A stretch of DNA of 64,000 nucleotides from positions 60,604,773 through 60,668,772 of the forward strand of contig NC_068981.1 of NCBI RefSeq assembly GCF_001194135.2. Reading direction: 5' to 3'. This DNA is from Octopus bimaculoides (Eukaryota). Made by a program: the position numbers and the translations under genes. The notes below the pieces were generated by a model. That model was not told the DNA's origin, made no database searches, and saw only the letters and a program-made list of their open reading frames with translations. Shown here one piece after another: positions 50,990 through 63,377 of the stretch; position 1 is the stretch's first letter, and every line of letters starts with the position of its first letter.

Positions 50990-53100
50990 TTCCATAACGA
51001 ATTCTCACAAACTTATCACAAATGACAAACATTTTCAGAATAAATTACCCGTAAAGGGTAAAACAAACAGCAGTTCATAATTTTTCACAATAAATTTTCA
51101 AATATAGAAAAACTAGCAGAAATTTTCCACCCCGAAGGGCGAAAATTACTGTTTGTCAAAAAGGAACAGTTGAAATCCAGTCAAGATTTTTCACAATAAC
51201 ACAAATAAACAAGGAACAGACAGAAACGAACTCACATGACACAGGGTAGCATAAATGAAGATATCGACGTATCGCAGAGGAAAAAGGCGAGGCTTGCTAG
51301 CTTAAATCTTCATTACATGCACAAGGCCTAAATACAGAGGAGACATACACAGACATGCGGGAACAAAAAACACATGAAGGAATGAATGTAAAATGAATTA
51401 AATTTCAATGGAAATGAGACGGTCATCTCGGTCCTGCTCAGAGATGGAACCGTGAAATCCTTTTGTTTTCCTTTTTAACTAACAATTTCCAGCCTCGCTC
51501 GGAGACGAAACTGAGACTTTCCTTTTCCTTTCCCCACTGACATAAAAAAAAATGTCTTGAACGCCTGTTCATTCAACAGTTGCAATATTTACTTATTTTT
51601 CCTTTTTTTTTCCCAATAAAAAGTTCAAATAAATGTTTTTCTGAGTTACCGCTTATACAAAAAAAACAAAAAAAAAACGACTTTTCCATAATTCACTAAC
51701 GAGGCGCGAGGTTCCACATCTACCTGCGGCCCCAGTCGATTCACTCTTTCATAATGTCTTTCAATTTTGAATTTTTTAAACATTGGACTGTCCTATATTT
51801 CACTATAAATTTTCTTTTTGTTTGTGTTTTGCATGTTGTCTCTTTTTGTCCCTATATTTCTGCAGTTTTTGGTTTCCGTGTGATTGTATCTCTGTGTTCG
51901 TGTATTCGTGTGTCTGTGTGTTCGTTTGACTATAATTTTATGTGTCTCGTGCGTGTGTGTGTCTATGTCCTTAGGTTTCCGTAATTCTGGGTTGTCTTGT
52001 TTCTGTTCGTTATGTGCTTTTGCATCTCTATGTGTTTGAATGACTGCTGGTCTGAATGATTCTGTATTTGTAAGTTCTTTACTGGTGATTCTACTGGTAA
52101 ATCTTATTCGTCTCTCGTCGTTGACTGGGTTTCCTATTCCATCGTTTTATGCTTCTTCAATTGCACTATCGTTGTTGACTTCCTTCTCTCTCTTTTCTTG
52201 GCTTTCACCTTCACAACGTTCCCGTCATGTTCTGTTTTCTGTTTCTGCTCATTTTCTACAATTATATTCTCCTGAAAACTCTCTTCCACCATTTTCACTG
52301 CTGCTCTGGGGCATTTCTTTCTCAAGTGCCCTCTTTCATCACAACTGTAACACTTTATGGGTCTTTCTTCCAACATTATCTCCTGTTTTTCTTCATTTGG
52401 TAGTTCCCAAGTTTCTGGCATTTCGTTGTAATATTTCAGGCTCACTGCGCAGATTATCTCTAATCCGTAACCGCATCATTTCACTTATTGTGTTCGGTTT
52501 ATCATGTCAATCCTAAGGTCTTCGCTTTTCTTCCTCAGCTCCGAATTAAAAATTGCAGCTATTATTCATTCTGGGTCTATCGACAGTGGGATTCTTCCCA
52601 TCCTAATTGTAACAATTCTTTTGCCAAAACAGTTTGGCATCAACGTCCATTTTTCTCCCTGTATCAGCCTGTAGTCGATTTTTTTCGCCTCATCTTCTGA
52701 TACAAAGGGTTCTACTATCGACGCATATCTCTTTCCTCTTCTAAAGAACTTCACGCTGTCTCCTATTTGTTCTTCCAAGATTTCTTCTATCTCTTCCCGC
52801 GGAATGTGTTCAATTCTTCTATTTTCATTCGAAAATGTTCTGAATATGAGAGTCTTCCTGTCGATTTTCCTCTTTTTCTCCTCTGGCAGGGTCGTTTTTA
52901 CATTTGGCCCTTCCTTCTTTACCATATCATGATATCTGTTTATCAGCTCCGCATTCCACTGCATCATCGCCGGCTTCAGCACATGTGGGTCCATAGGAAC
53001 TCGACCTCCAGTAGCATCCGCATAACTTTCCATTTTCCCAATTATTCACTACCGCCCAACAATGGCGGCTTCACTAAAACATTCGGCTAGACTCCCCGCC
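50990..53100 (-). mobile_element. L1/Tx1-related element with ORF1 only (HAL1-like), ORF1 pseudogenised
   Basis: MESYADA..RKTLIFRTF..RIVTIRMGRIP..*..GLEIIC..EERPIKCYSCDERGHLRKKCP (CCHC knuckle) over about 53033-52134 with at least three stops; about 1 kb downstream has no APE/RT motifs and ends in a T-rich region with a short cgcccttcggggtg hairpin. Confidence 0.7.
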
Positions 53101-54491
53101 CCCCAAACTACAAAGTGGGTTGCTAGCTGTCGAAGCCTATTCGCCTTTTAAAACTTATAGAATTTCAAGTGAAATAAATTCACTGATCTACAAAATTAGA
53201 AATATGGCATTACACAATCTCTCAGAGGGGCATGCAGTGGCAGCACGATAAAGTGATGGTTTGTTGCCAACTTGTCTCTGGACGCTGGCTTTGCTGGATC
53301 TAATCACATCTAACACATATTTTATGAGCATTAGAATCTAAAGAATACAGAGTTGTAATTATAGTAAGGTTTAGTGTTCAGAAACGAGAGTCGGTTACGA
53401 TAATTGCACTGTTGAGAAGATATTCATGATTCTTATGCAGATAGTTCTCAGGTTAATCATTAACTCAACATATTTACTCGTGAACAACACATTTATTCAT
53501 AAATGACGTTTTACGCTTGGTGATAACGAAATCGTTAGGCGTGCGCGCACACACACACGTACACATACACACACACAGACGCACACACATACACACATTC
53601 ATATCTAGTCATCAAGGTAAAGCTGTTTGTGAAGCAGACTTAAATCTCAACTACACTTTAACTGTGCAAATGTTAACATTTGAAGATAAAATTGCTTTAT
53701 TCTATTAATATGCGAGTTAGTAAGTAGTTGTGTAAATAATACATACGCCTACATATGTGTGTGAGTCTCAGTACATGTATTTAGTAAGTTCTATAGTGGA
53801 TTTCATGTTATAGAGCATTTGTCAATGTAGTGGTTGAAGTTTATTTATATAAAATGTGCTCATGCGATTTTAACGCTAAATTTACGAGAAAAGGATCAGC
53901 TTTCACTCGTTCGTTACATTCATTTGTCTATCGAAAGAATATTAGGTGTTAAACGATTTTCGTATCAACACTTACGAATCATGCTGTTCATTATGTGAAT
54001 AGCCACTCTCCCACGTGCATCTGATATTTTTGTTTCTCATTTGCGTTATCGATCTACTTTAGAATGATGAAGTGTTTCTGTAGAATCAAATTTTCATCCG
54101 GTGCTCAAAAATACTGATTAATTTTGAATAGAACATTTTAAAACCTTTTCAGTCAAGCGTCTCACAACTTTAGCTGCTGAATCCTAATATTGTTATTTGC
54201 GACATATGTTGCTAGCTATAATACTCTTAGTGAAAGATTTCCACCAATATACTTATAGGTTACATTCATAATATAAATTTTTCTACAAAATTTACGTTTT
54301 TTGTTAATTTAGAATCCTTGGAAATTAAAAAAAAAAATTATTTAGTGCAACTGTTATTCTCATATTGAAAATAATATTTGTGACATTTTCATTTTCTATC
54401 AACACATTTTAAAACTTAAGGTAGTTGATGAAATTCAATAACAATACCTGCAATATAAACATGTTCCCATATAATGTTGGATGATATGCTA

Positions 54492-54768
54492 TTTTGCTCT
54501 CTTGCTTGTTTCAGTTATTTGACTCCGGCCATACTGGAGCACCATCTTAAAGAGCTTTTTCAGTCAAAGAAATTGACCCTGGATTTATTCTTTGTAAGCC
54601 TAGTACTTATTCTATTCTATCGGCGTCTTTTTACCAAACCGTTAAGATACGAATACGTAAACACACTAAGATCGGTTGTCTAACGATCATGGGACACAGA
54701 CACCCCCACACACAGACACAGACACCACCACACACAGACACAGACATAGACACACGCACACACACACG

Positions 54769-54829
<61 letters not shown>

Positions 54830-54975
54830 GACAGGCTTCTTTCAGTTTCCGTCTCCGAAATCCACTCACAAGTCTTTGGTTGGCTCGAGATTATAGTAGT
54901 GGACCCTCGCCCAAGTTGCCACGCAGCGAGACTGAACCGGGAACCATGTGATTGGGAAACAAGCTTGCTAGTTCG
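54492..54975 (-). mobile_element. SINE family B, full length with internal (CA)/(TA) microsatellite
   Basis: Head 54975-54830 (B-box-like ggttcagtctc), microsatellite 54695-54828, tail 54492-54690. Confidence 0.85.
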
Positions 54976-55025
54976 AAATGTTCATGCATATTAGTTAAAT
55001 ATACTAACAACGTATATTCGAAAGG

Positions 55026-55074
55026 AAAATTTTAAAATTTTAAAATTTTAAAATTTTAAAATTTTAAAATTTTT
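55026..55074. repeat. (AAAATTTT)n self-complementary octamer repeat
   Basis: About six tandem copies visible. Confidence 0.9.
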
Positions 55075-55550
55075 CAAGCAACATACCCAAGTCAAAAGTA
55101 TAATTGTTACCGAATATCTGCCCTCAAAGAACGTTATGTCTGTTATTCTTGTCGTTTATGCTTATGTTTTCCATTAGTGATTATGGAAGATTAAAGAGTT
55201 TTCATCCGTTACAAAGCCTTCTTTGTTATATCGTGGGTTACATTTTCCAATTGAAAATTGACTGTTATATTTCGTTGTGACCTCATAGGGGATACAAAGT
55301 TTTGCCAATCCATGGAATGGTTTGAGAAGTACAAAATCAGTATTGGATTTTACGATCCACTTGAAATCGGAATAAATTATTCCGATACATGGGTCCATGT
55401 ATGATTCTAGAATTTGTTAATTGTACATCGTTTTCAACGAGACAGAAAGTGAGCATTGGATGTTTACTTGAAATTTTAAAAACATCATCTTAATCTCATT
55501 TACATCAAAACTCTTATTCAACTACAGAAATGTTAGATCAAACAACCTAT

Positions 55551-55594
<44 letters not shown>

Positions 55595-55621
55595 GTGTGT
55601 GTGTATGTGTGTGTGTGTGTT

Positions 55622-55675
<54 letters not shown>

Positions 55676-57447
55676 TCACTGAAAAAAATTGTAACCAAAA
55701 GACTTCTGAATTTATGAGTAACTGTCGTCTAGACTGAAGTTAAACAACTACAGTAACAGGTAACATGTACCAATAGGAGATACTGTGAACAATGCAGTAG
55801 CATTGATGTCAATACTTTGTACGGTACACATGTACCTTAATTCTGACAGCTATTTCAATCTTTAGTTCGTATTTACTGCAAAATAAGGACAGCTTTGTAA
55901 ACTAGAATTATAAGTAATAGAATGAGGTCTTACTTATGAGTTGCTAATACATTTCTATATGATTAGAAAAAATATTTCCTTTCAAATCCGCACTAAAAGC
56001 AACTGTTTTTACCTAACAAGAATAAGAAACAACAAAGCATTTACCTTGCAATTGTTTCTTATATAAATAATGAAGCACATAAAAAGTGACAGTAAACTGT
56101 ATAATCCTTCTCTTTTGTCTTTTGTTTTGTAGTAACTCGGAATTAAGATCTCTTCTAGATATACATTATTATATATATAGGAAATTGCATACAAAAGTAA
56201 ACAGACAAATAAACCAAAATGTACAATACATGCATGAGTGTCTAATGTTTTATCTTGTATTTGTTAACCATCAACGAACCAGAACCACGTCATTATTTTC
56301 AAATAGGAGCTGAGCAATTAGGTTGAAGGTCTGGCCATGATCCCACCCCACTACACATAGGGATTTCGAGTTTTGCTGATCGTCAAAAAAGTAACGAACT
56401 CTGACATCGCACTTTCGCCTTAACTGGTTCCTTTCTCTCATTGATACACTCATCTACCAAATTTTCCAAGATGGGTCCATCATAAGTTGCTTATGCCATA
56501 CCCTCTGCAACGTTACACCTACTAACTGGCACTTTAAACATAACGTTCACCTCCGTAATACGGACCATACCATCAAACCCACCACTGAAGTCCTATGGAA
56601 ACATAATGTGAACTACTGACTAAAATTACCCTACCTGTAAAACCCCTCCTGAGAACGACTATATTCACTTATCCAGCACTGGATGAAATAACATGGTTCT
56701 TATAATACATGAACGGGAAGTCTGTATCTTATTTCCCCTTGCTATGCCTAAATCATTATACTATGATGTACTTCAGTTGTATTCAGATGCTTGTTCTTAT
56801 TCTTACTCTTATTCTTTTTCTACTCTGTTTCAAAATGTTGAACACGCTGTAACTATTATTAACTGACTTTTATATGTGTTAGCCCAACCTCCAACTACTT
56901 AGAATCTCTGAAGAAGCCTAGGGGTACATTCATTATCCAAGCCTTATAGGCTCATCCCTGCATAACACTGAAAAGATGGAGATAATCTGGAAGATTTCGT
57001 TGCCTCTTGGCAGAAACGGCCGTAAGGAACTAGTACCCGCATACCCATTCGGTTTTAGTGACAAACTGCTCATTTGCCCAATTTGCTCATTCGCTCAAAT
57101 ACTCACTTGTTTCTATAGGCTTATATGCTTCCACACCCATGTTTATGTAATTATCAACTATTTCTACTTGATAATCTCTACCACTAATACATGTTCATGG
57201 ATTCATCCAATAGATTTGAATAAATAGACATACTTGAATGTTTACCAGCTGGTGCCTGTCGATCTTATATCTTCTCCACTTTTTTTCCCATATAAATCTA
57301 GGGTAAACCACTTTTTACCCCCGCCCATATATAATACTCAGTTGCGAGTTTGCCTTGCAGTAACTAGCAGTTGGGTATGAATAATTGGGTACAACTAAGG
57401 GATAGGTACTATCCCTCAATTGATTTCTCAACCTCTAACTCACACAG

Positions 57448-57517
<70 letters not shown>
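57448..57517. repeat. (TA)n microsatellite
   Basis: Directly visible. Confidence 0.95.
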
Positions 57518-57519
<2 letters not shown>

Positions 57520-58060
57520 CTTGGGCATTGCGAAATCAGTAATCCGATGAAGAAAGCAATATACGTATTTTCAGAACAGAGTGTTGGCTGCGTATAGAGC
57601 GGTAATAAGAAACAGAAATTACAAAGGAATAAATGATTGCCTTATGAACTTCATTAGGGTACAACTGTTTCTGCTATAACATGCAGTGGACTCATATACG
57701 AGTGCCTGAGTAACAACTTGTAGCTTCATTGGAGCCTATATAATAAAAGTATATTTAAAAATATATTTGTGAAGAAAAATATTGGTGAACAATATTTGGA
57801 ATTTAGATGTATATTACAATATTTGGGAGGTAGAGGTAATAATGCAGGTTATGTGAACCCGCTGGATCCATTATTTTCTAAATCCTCATTACAATAATGA
57901 TAATTCCTAAGATAAGTTTCATTACTAGAGAAAAGTAAATATAAAAACATACTATTAGAGATTAAAATATCCATTTGTATAACAAGCATAATACATACAC
58001 TTTGTCAAAGGGTCAGCTATTGCTGTCTTTGTCGCGAAATAGTAACTCTCATGGACTTGC

Positions 58061-58064
<4 letters not shown>

Positions 58065-58130
<66 letters not shown>
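58065..58130. repeat. (CT)n microsatellite
   Basis: Directly visible. Confidence 0.95.
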
Positions 58131-59149
58131 TGATAGTTATAGTTTTTAAAAGAGGAAATCCACAGGAGATGCTTATTTAGGACTTATATTGCAATAACTG
58201 GCATATAAACAGTGTGCATATATAAGTGTGCAATATGTATGATTATTCTAATTGAATACTGCCTCAATATTGCATACCGGATTTGTAATCAGGGCGGATA
58301 TTCACAACATCAGCGAATGTTTTATAAAATTTCTCCTATCAGAGTTGATCTACCGTTGACGGATATAGATAGATGCAAATACGCGCCATTGAAAAGATCC
58401 ACGAAAGGTCAAAGTGTATTTGGTGGTCACACTGACCACTGCTGGGACGAATTTCTTCTGTTCTGCTTATTGTCTTTTTATAACAGCAAGCATATAAGAG
58501 ATGCTATATCAGGGCAAATACTGTAGTAACTGACCTATCGGCAATGAGTATACATAAAGTATGCACTACAGACAGTACTATTTTAACTAAATCCTGTTTC
58601 AATTGCTTATACCAGGATATAAATTGCTATTTCAATGCTTATTCACGTAAAGTAATTTTATGTTAGGTTAACAGTGTGAGCAGGTTATTTCGTTTCTGTA
58701 TTCTCAGAGACATCTGAAAATTGTTCTATATTATAAGATTGCCATCAACTTTAATTTTTGAACCTGTATCACCAACTTTCAGAGGTATTTTCTCACGCTA
58801 TCTCATGAATGGCCACTCATTTTTGCATACAATAAGGATCTCGTCGTCTCTATAAAGTGTGATGTACACACAATTTATATTTTTATTTTTTGTTGTTGCA
58901 CATAACCTGTCCGTCTCTTCCTTCAATACATTTCTGCTCTTTTTATTATGTCTTCTCTGTAACTGACATATTCAATTCCTCCATTTTCTATATTGTTTTC
59001 TGTCTTTATTTATATAGTTTTATTTCTTATTTAGCTACAATAATATCAACCAATAAAATCTTACGTTATTTACATTATTTTCATTTGAAGGATATTTGTC
59101 CTCATCTATTAAGCAACAACTACAGCCAAACGTACTATTTACTCCAATT

Positions 59150-59716
59150 ATGAAGAAAAGAGAGGACGAAACCAATAAACTATCTACAGTCTGTCTACCC
59201 TATGTGAAAGACCTCTACGAAAAGATACAAAATATATGCGGCCCATATGACATCATGAGAGTATTCAAGAGTAATCTAACACTTCGCAAATATCTCCTGC
59301 GGGCAAAACCACCAATAGAAGAGAATATGACCAAAACTGCGTGTACACCATCCCATGCAGCTGTGTTAAGTTATACAAAGGCGAAACATGCAGCCCCCTC
59401 AGAATNNNNNNNNNNGTTATACAAAGGCGAAACATGCAGCCCCCTCAGAATAAGAGTAGACGAACATCGCAAAGCTGTGACATGAGGAGATATTGATAAA
59501 TCGGGTGTAACTGGTCATGTATCGAAAAATGGAGACCTCCTCTACCCGTGGGATGAAGTTAAAATAATAGACAGAGAAAACCACTGGAAAATACGAAAAC
59601 TAAAAGAGGCAGCACATATGCTAGGACACAACAACCTCTTAAGCAGACCGAGTTCAGATAGGAATAGCATATGGGAACCGGTATTAAAGAAGGATGGGAA
59701 AATATTAGATTTTTAA
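59150..59716 (+). mobile_element. Penelope-like element, linker plus GIY-YIG endonuclease (pseudogene)
   Basis: TVCLPYVKDLYEKIQNICGPYDIMRVFKSNLTLRKYL; (frameshift) NCVYTIPCSCVKLYKGETCSPLRIRVDEHRKAV; SGVTGHV..WDEVKIIDRENHWKIRKLKEAAHM..LLSR..IWEPVL. Confidence 0.9.
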
Positions 59717-59745
59717 GCCCTAAAATTCACTCCATAATTAACCAC

Positions 59746-59816
59746 GGGCATATGGCGTAGTGGTTAAGAGCGCGGGCTTCTAACCCCAAGATTCCGAGTT
59801 TGATTCGAGGCAGTGA

Positions 59817-59865
<49 letters not shown>
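59746..59865 (+). mobile_element. tRNA-like head (~75 nt) directly followed by (AAT)15
   Basis: A box TGGCGTAGTGG, B-box variant GAGTTTGATTC; acceptor stem does not close, so not a functional tRNA. Confidence 0.75.
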
Positions 59866-59867
<2 letters not shown>

Positions 59868-59887
59868 CAGCATCAAAAAATACCAAG

Positions 59888-59925
59888 GCACCTGATGAAG
59901 GCTGGAGAGTATATAACATTGTGTT
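59888..59925 (+). ncRNA. Degenerate type-I hammerhead (3' strand of stem II missing) in a Penelope pLTR-like region
   Basis: GCAC-CTGATGA-A-GGCTG-gagagtatat-[no CAGCCGA]-AAC-ATT-GTGT; stem I GCAC/GTGT pairs. Confidence 0.5.
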
Positions 59926-60225
59926 AACGACAAACAAGATGTAAATAAAGTAAATAATGTACATAATTCCTCATCTCTTAAATATAGAGTTGCAATAAAA
60001 TCTTGTTCAGTTATTCAAGTATTTCTTCAACATCACTTTCAAAAATCTGTGAAGCAATTTTTATTATCGACTGTAAGTCGAAAACGATTTGTGAAGTGTT
60101 AGATTCTAATATAACACCCGAACATATAATACGTACACTCACATGCATAAATATCGATGTGTGTGCACCTCTATAAATATACATACCTATACATGTGTGT
60201 GTATGCATATATGTTGTTTGCATGT

Positions 60226-60256
<31 letters not shown>

Positions 60257-60934
60257 CGTGTGTATCTGTATGTGTGTATGTGTGTGTATTAAAAACGAAA
60301 TATTTTACAAATTGTTTGTTTGTTTCTCGTTTGCGATCCGTAAACATTAATTCAAAAAAGTAGAACATTTTATAAGACATTTATATTAAATGCAACAATT
60401 AACACAAATGAAAGAAAATATCCAATATTGATTGGATGAATCCCACCTAAAACTTTTGTAACGAAAACTTATAAATGCATAAATGAGAAGCTAGAGGAAG
60501 AAAGCTAGAACGAAAAATCGAATAAAAAGCGAAAAAAATGAGTAAGGAGAAGGAGAAGAAAGGGCGAACAGAAGAAGGGAAAGAAAAAGAAATGGTAATA
60601 GAACACTGATAGCTGAAAATTGAAATACACACGCTGAGTTTTATATAAAGATATTAAAAAATTCGATACCGCCCCAAAAACATTACATAAAATTTATACT
60701 AAAAGCATAAAGGTCATTTCATAAGAAGGGCGACATGATGTGCGCATTTTCGTAGAAAAAATATACCCTGGAAAATATCACACAATTGAAAAACGTTTTT
60801 AAATTCAGAAGAAAGTTCCCTTGCATTAAAAATCAGGAACAGTTTAGAAACGATCGTTTTAATTTAGTAAAAGAACAAAATAATTTACATTCAAGGAATT
60901 TAACTGCAATTTTCACAATTTCTTGGATTGACAT

Positions 60935-61000
60935 GCTATTATTTTGTTATCCCCGAAATGCTGAACACGAAGTTGACCTCCACAGAATTTGAACCCAATA
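60935..61000 (-). mobile_element. SINE family A fragment
   Basis: ttttgttatccccgaaatgctgaacacgaagttgacctccacagaatttgaaccca. Confidence 0.6.
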
Positions 61001-61813
61001 GAGAACCCAATAATTTCTAACTTAGTGATAACTATTTGATCAGCGCGAAATCACAGACTGAAAACAGCCACGTGTTTACGATTTTTACATGAAGAGGAAA
61101 AATAATCATATGACACAATTTTACAATATGAATTCCAATAACTCTCCGGATGAAGGTTTTTCTACCTGCTTGTTCAAGTACGTTTGTTGTCTTAGAAAAT
61201 CCAGCTCAGGTACAATGGTTCATAACATAATTCAAAGTGTACGGCTTACGCCGAGCTGTTGTTTGGTGTGTGTGTGTGTATAGGAATGAGAAATTCTTTA
61301 TGATATTTTAGACTGGTAAAGTTTAGAACAAAAAGTAGGACTTGCAAGCATGAGCTTCTTACTTCGTAATCAATGAAGATTATGGAACTGCTTTATCGGA
61401 CACTTCGTCTGAAATGCACTGGATCTAAAAAAATCCCCACATATTCTTCACGTTACTTTTCTTTTACGAGTATAATGTCAGTTTGCTGATTAGTTTTAAA
61501 ATCCAGATTCAGATGGTTTCGTCCTCTTTATTATGAATATGGCTGTTTTCTCTTTATTTTCTTGAATTTCTTCGTAATCTATTGTCTTTAATTTCCGGAT
61601 GCTTTCATGTTTTTCTATCACATTTCATATATTTTGTAATTATCATTTCCCCCCGTAGTTATTTGGCAATAGAGCCAATATATTTACGATTTTCAACCAT
61701 TAATTTGAATGATATCTGAACTTTGTACATCATTCTAAATATAAATTCTTTTAAAAATGACTTCATTTATTTTAAACGTGTCCTCTATATTCTTTTGTAT
61801 AGCATCACATTTT

Positions 61814-61863
<50 letters not shown>

Positions 61864-62106
61864 CCACACACACACACATACACACACACACACACACAAG
61901 CTCACGAGTTTGTCGTAATAAATTGTAGCACTTTCATTGTGGCATATATCTCCTATTCTTAATGCGTGTATTTTCTTCCCTTTGCATTTCTTCGTGCATT
62001 TATTTACAATATTTATTTCTCTGCTCCATGCCTCTATTGCAGCTTTTTACGTTTTACATAATCTGTTCTTCCTATATTCACGGAAAATTAGCATCGTATT
62101 ACAATT

Positions 62107-62235
62107 TTGTTTTGTTGTTGTTGTTGTTGTTGTTTTTCTTCTTCTTCTTCTTTTTCTCCTTCTTCTTCTTCTTCTTCTTCTTCTTCTTCTTCTTCTTCTT
62201 CTTCTTCTTCTTCTTCTTCTTCTTCTTCTTCTTTT
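62107..62235. repeat. (GTT)n/(CTT)n compound microsatellite
   Basis: Directly visible; explains the poly-L/F/S/R ORFs. Confidence 0.95.
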
Positions 62236-63340
62236 CTCCTTCATTTTCTTTCCTCTTCTTTTTCTTATTTTCCGCTTAGTTTTCTGCCTTATATTTTCTA
62301 CATGTTTTATTCATTGGGCCGTAGCTATGCTGCTCTTTTCCTCTTTGCATCCTTCGTGTATTATAATTTTCTACTTCTTTCGAAAGAAATTTATTTATAT
62401 ACTTTTAACAAAATGATATTGTTTCTTAACAAACTTATATTTCGCAAATTAGCCACTAGGATCCTCTTCTTCACAGAGGTGTTGAACCCTTTTAATAGAA
62501 TCAATGTTCGATATACTCTTTTCCATTCAAACATCTTCCTGGCAGTCTAATTGTTTCATTTTCGATCGAGGCTCAACATTCAGAGATTCAGAGTAATCAA
62601 TTGTGATACACACATGCACACGCCTATATCAATGCATAAATGACTTTATGTTATGCATAGATACATACATACATACACACGCACGCAGACACACACACAC
62701 ACATATATATATACATATATATATACATATATATATATATGTATATATATATANNNNNNNNNNNNNNNNNNNNNNNNNNNNNNNNNNNNNNNNNNNNNNN
62801 NNNNNNNNNNNNNNNNNNNNNNNNNNNNNNNNNNNNNNNNNNNNNNNNNNNNNNNNNNNNNNNNNNNNNNNNNNNNNNNNNNNNNNNNNNNNNNNNNNNN
62901 NNNNNNNNNNNNNNNNNNNNNNNNNNNNNNNNNNNNNNNNNNNNNNNNNNNNNNNNNNNNNNNNNNNNNNNNNNNNNNNNNNNNNNNNNNNNNNNNNNNN
63001 NNNNNNNNNNNNNNNNNNNNNNNNNNNNNNNNNNNNNNNNNNNNNNNNNNNNNNNNNNNNNNNNNNNNNNNNNNNNNNNNNNNNNNNNNNNNNNNNNNNN
63101 NNNNNNNNNNNNNNNNNNNNNNNNNNNNNNNNNNNNNNNNNNNNNNNNNNNNNNNNNNNNNNNNNNNNNNNNNNNNNNNNNNNNNNNNNNNNNNNNNNNN
63201 NNNNNNNNNNNNNNNNNNNNNNNNNNNNNNNNNNNNNNNNNNNNNNNNNNNNNNNNNNNNNNNNNNNNNNNNNNNNNNNNNNNNNNNNNNNNNNNNNNNN
63301 NNNNNNNNNNTATATATGACTATACGTTTTACACACACAC

Positions 63341-63377
<37 letters not shown>

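Noticed and set aside
51690-51745. GC-rich patch (minus strand ggggccgcaggtagatgtggaacctcgcgcc) as an HDV-like ribozyme
   Set aside because: Could not build the nested double pseudoknot.
55174-55398. 74-aa minus-strand ORF with faint glycosyltransferase-like WIVKSNTDFV
   Set aside because: No DxD motif and weak splice signals.
56270-57300. GC-richer block that may be a decayed element
   Set aside because: No motif recognised in any frame.
58212-58526. 104-aa ORF; also the 102-aa ORF at 18356..18664
   Set aside because: No recognisable domain and no consistent splice sites.
59368-59450. Direct repeat gttatacaaaggcgaaacatgcagccccctcagaat on both sides of a 10-N gap
   Set aside because: Typical unmerged contig overlap; treated as an assembly artefact.
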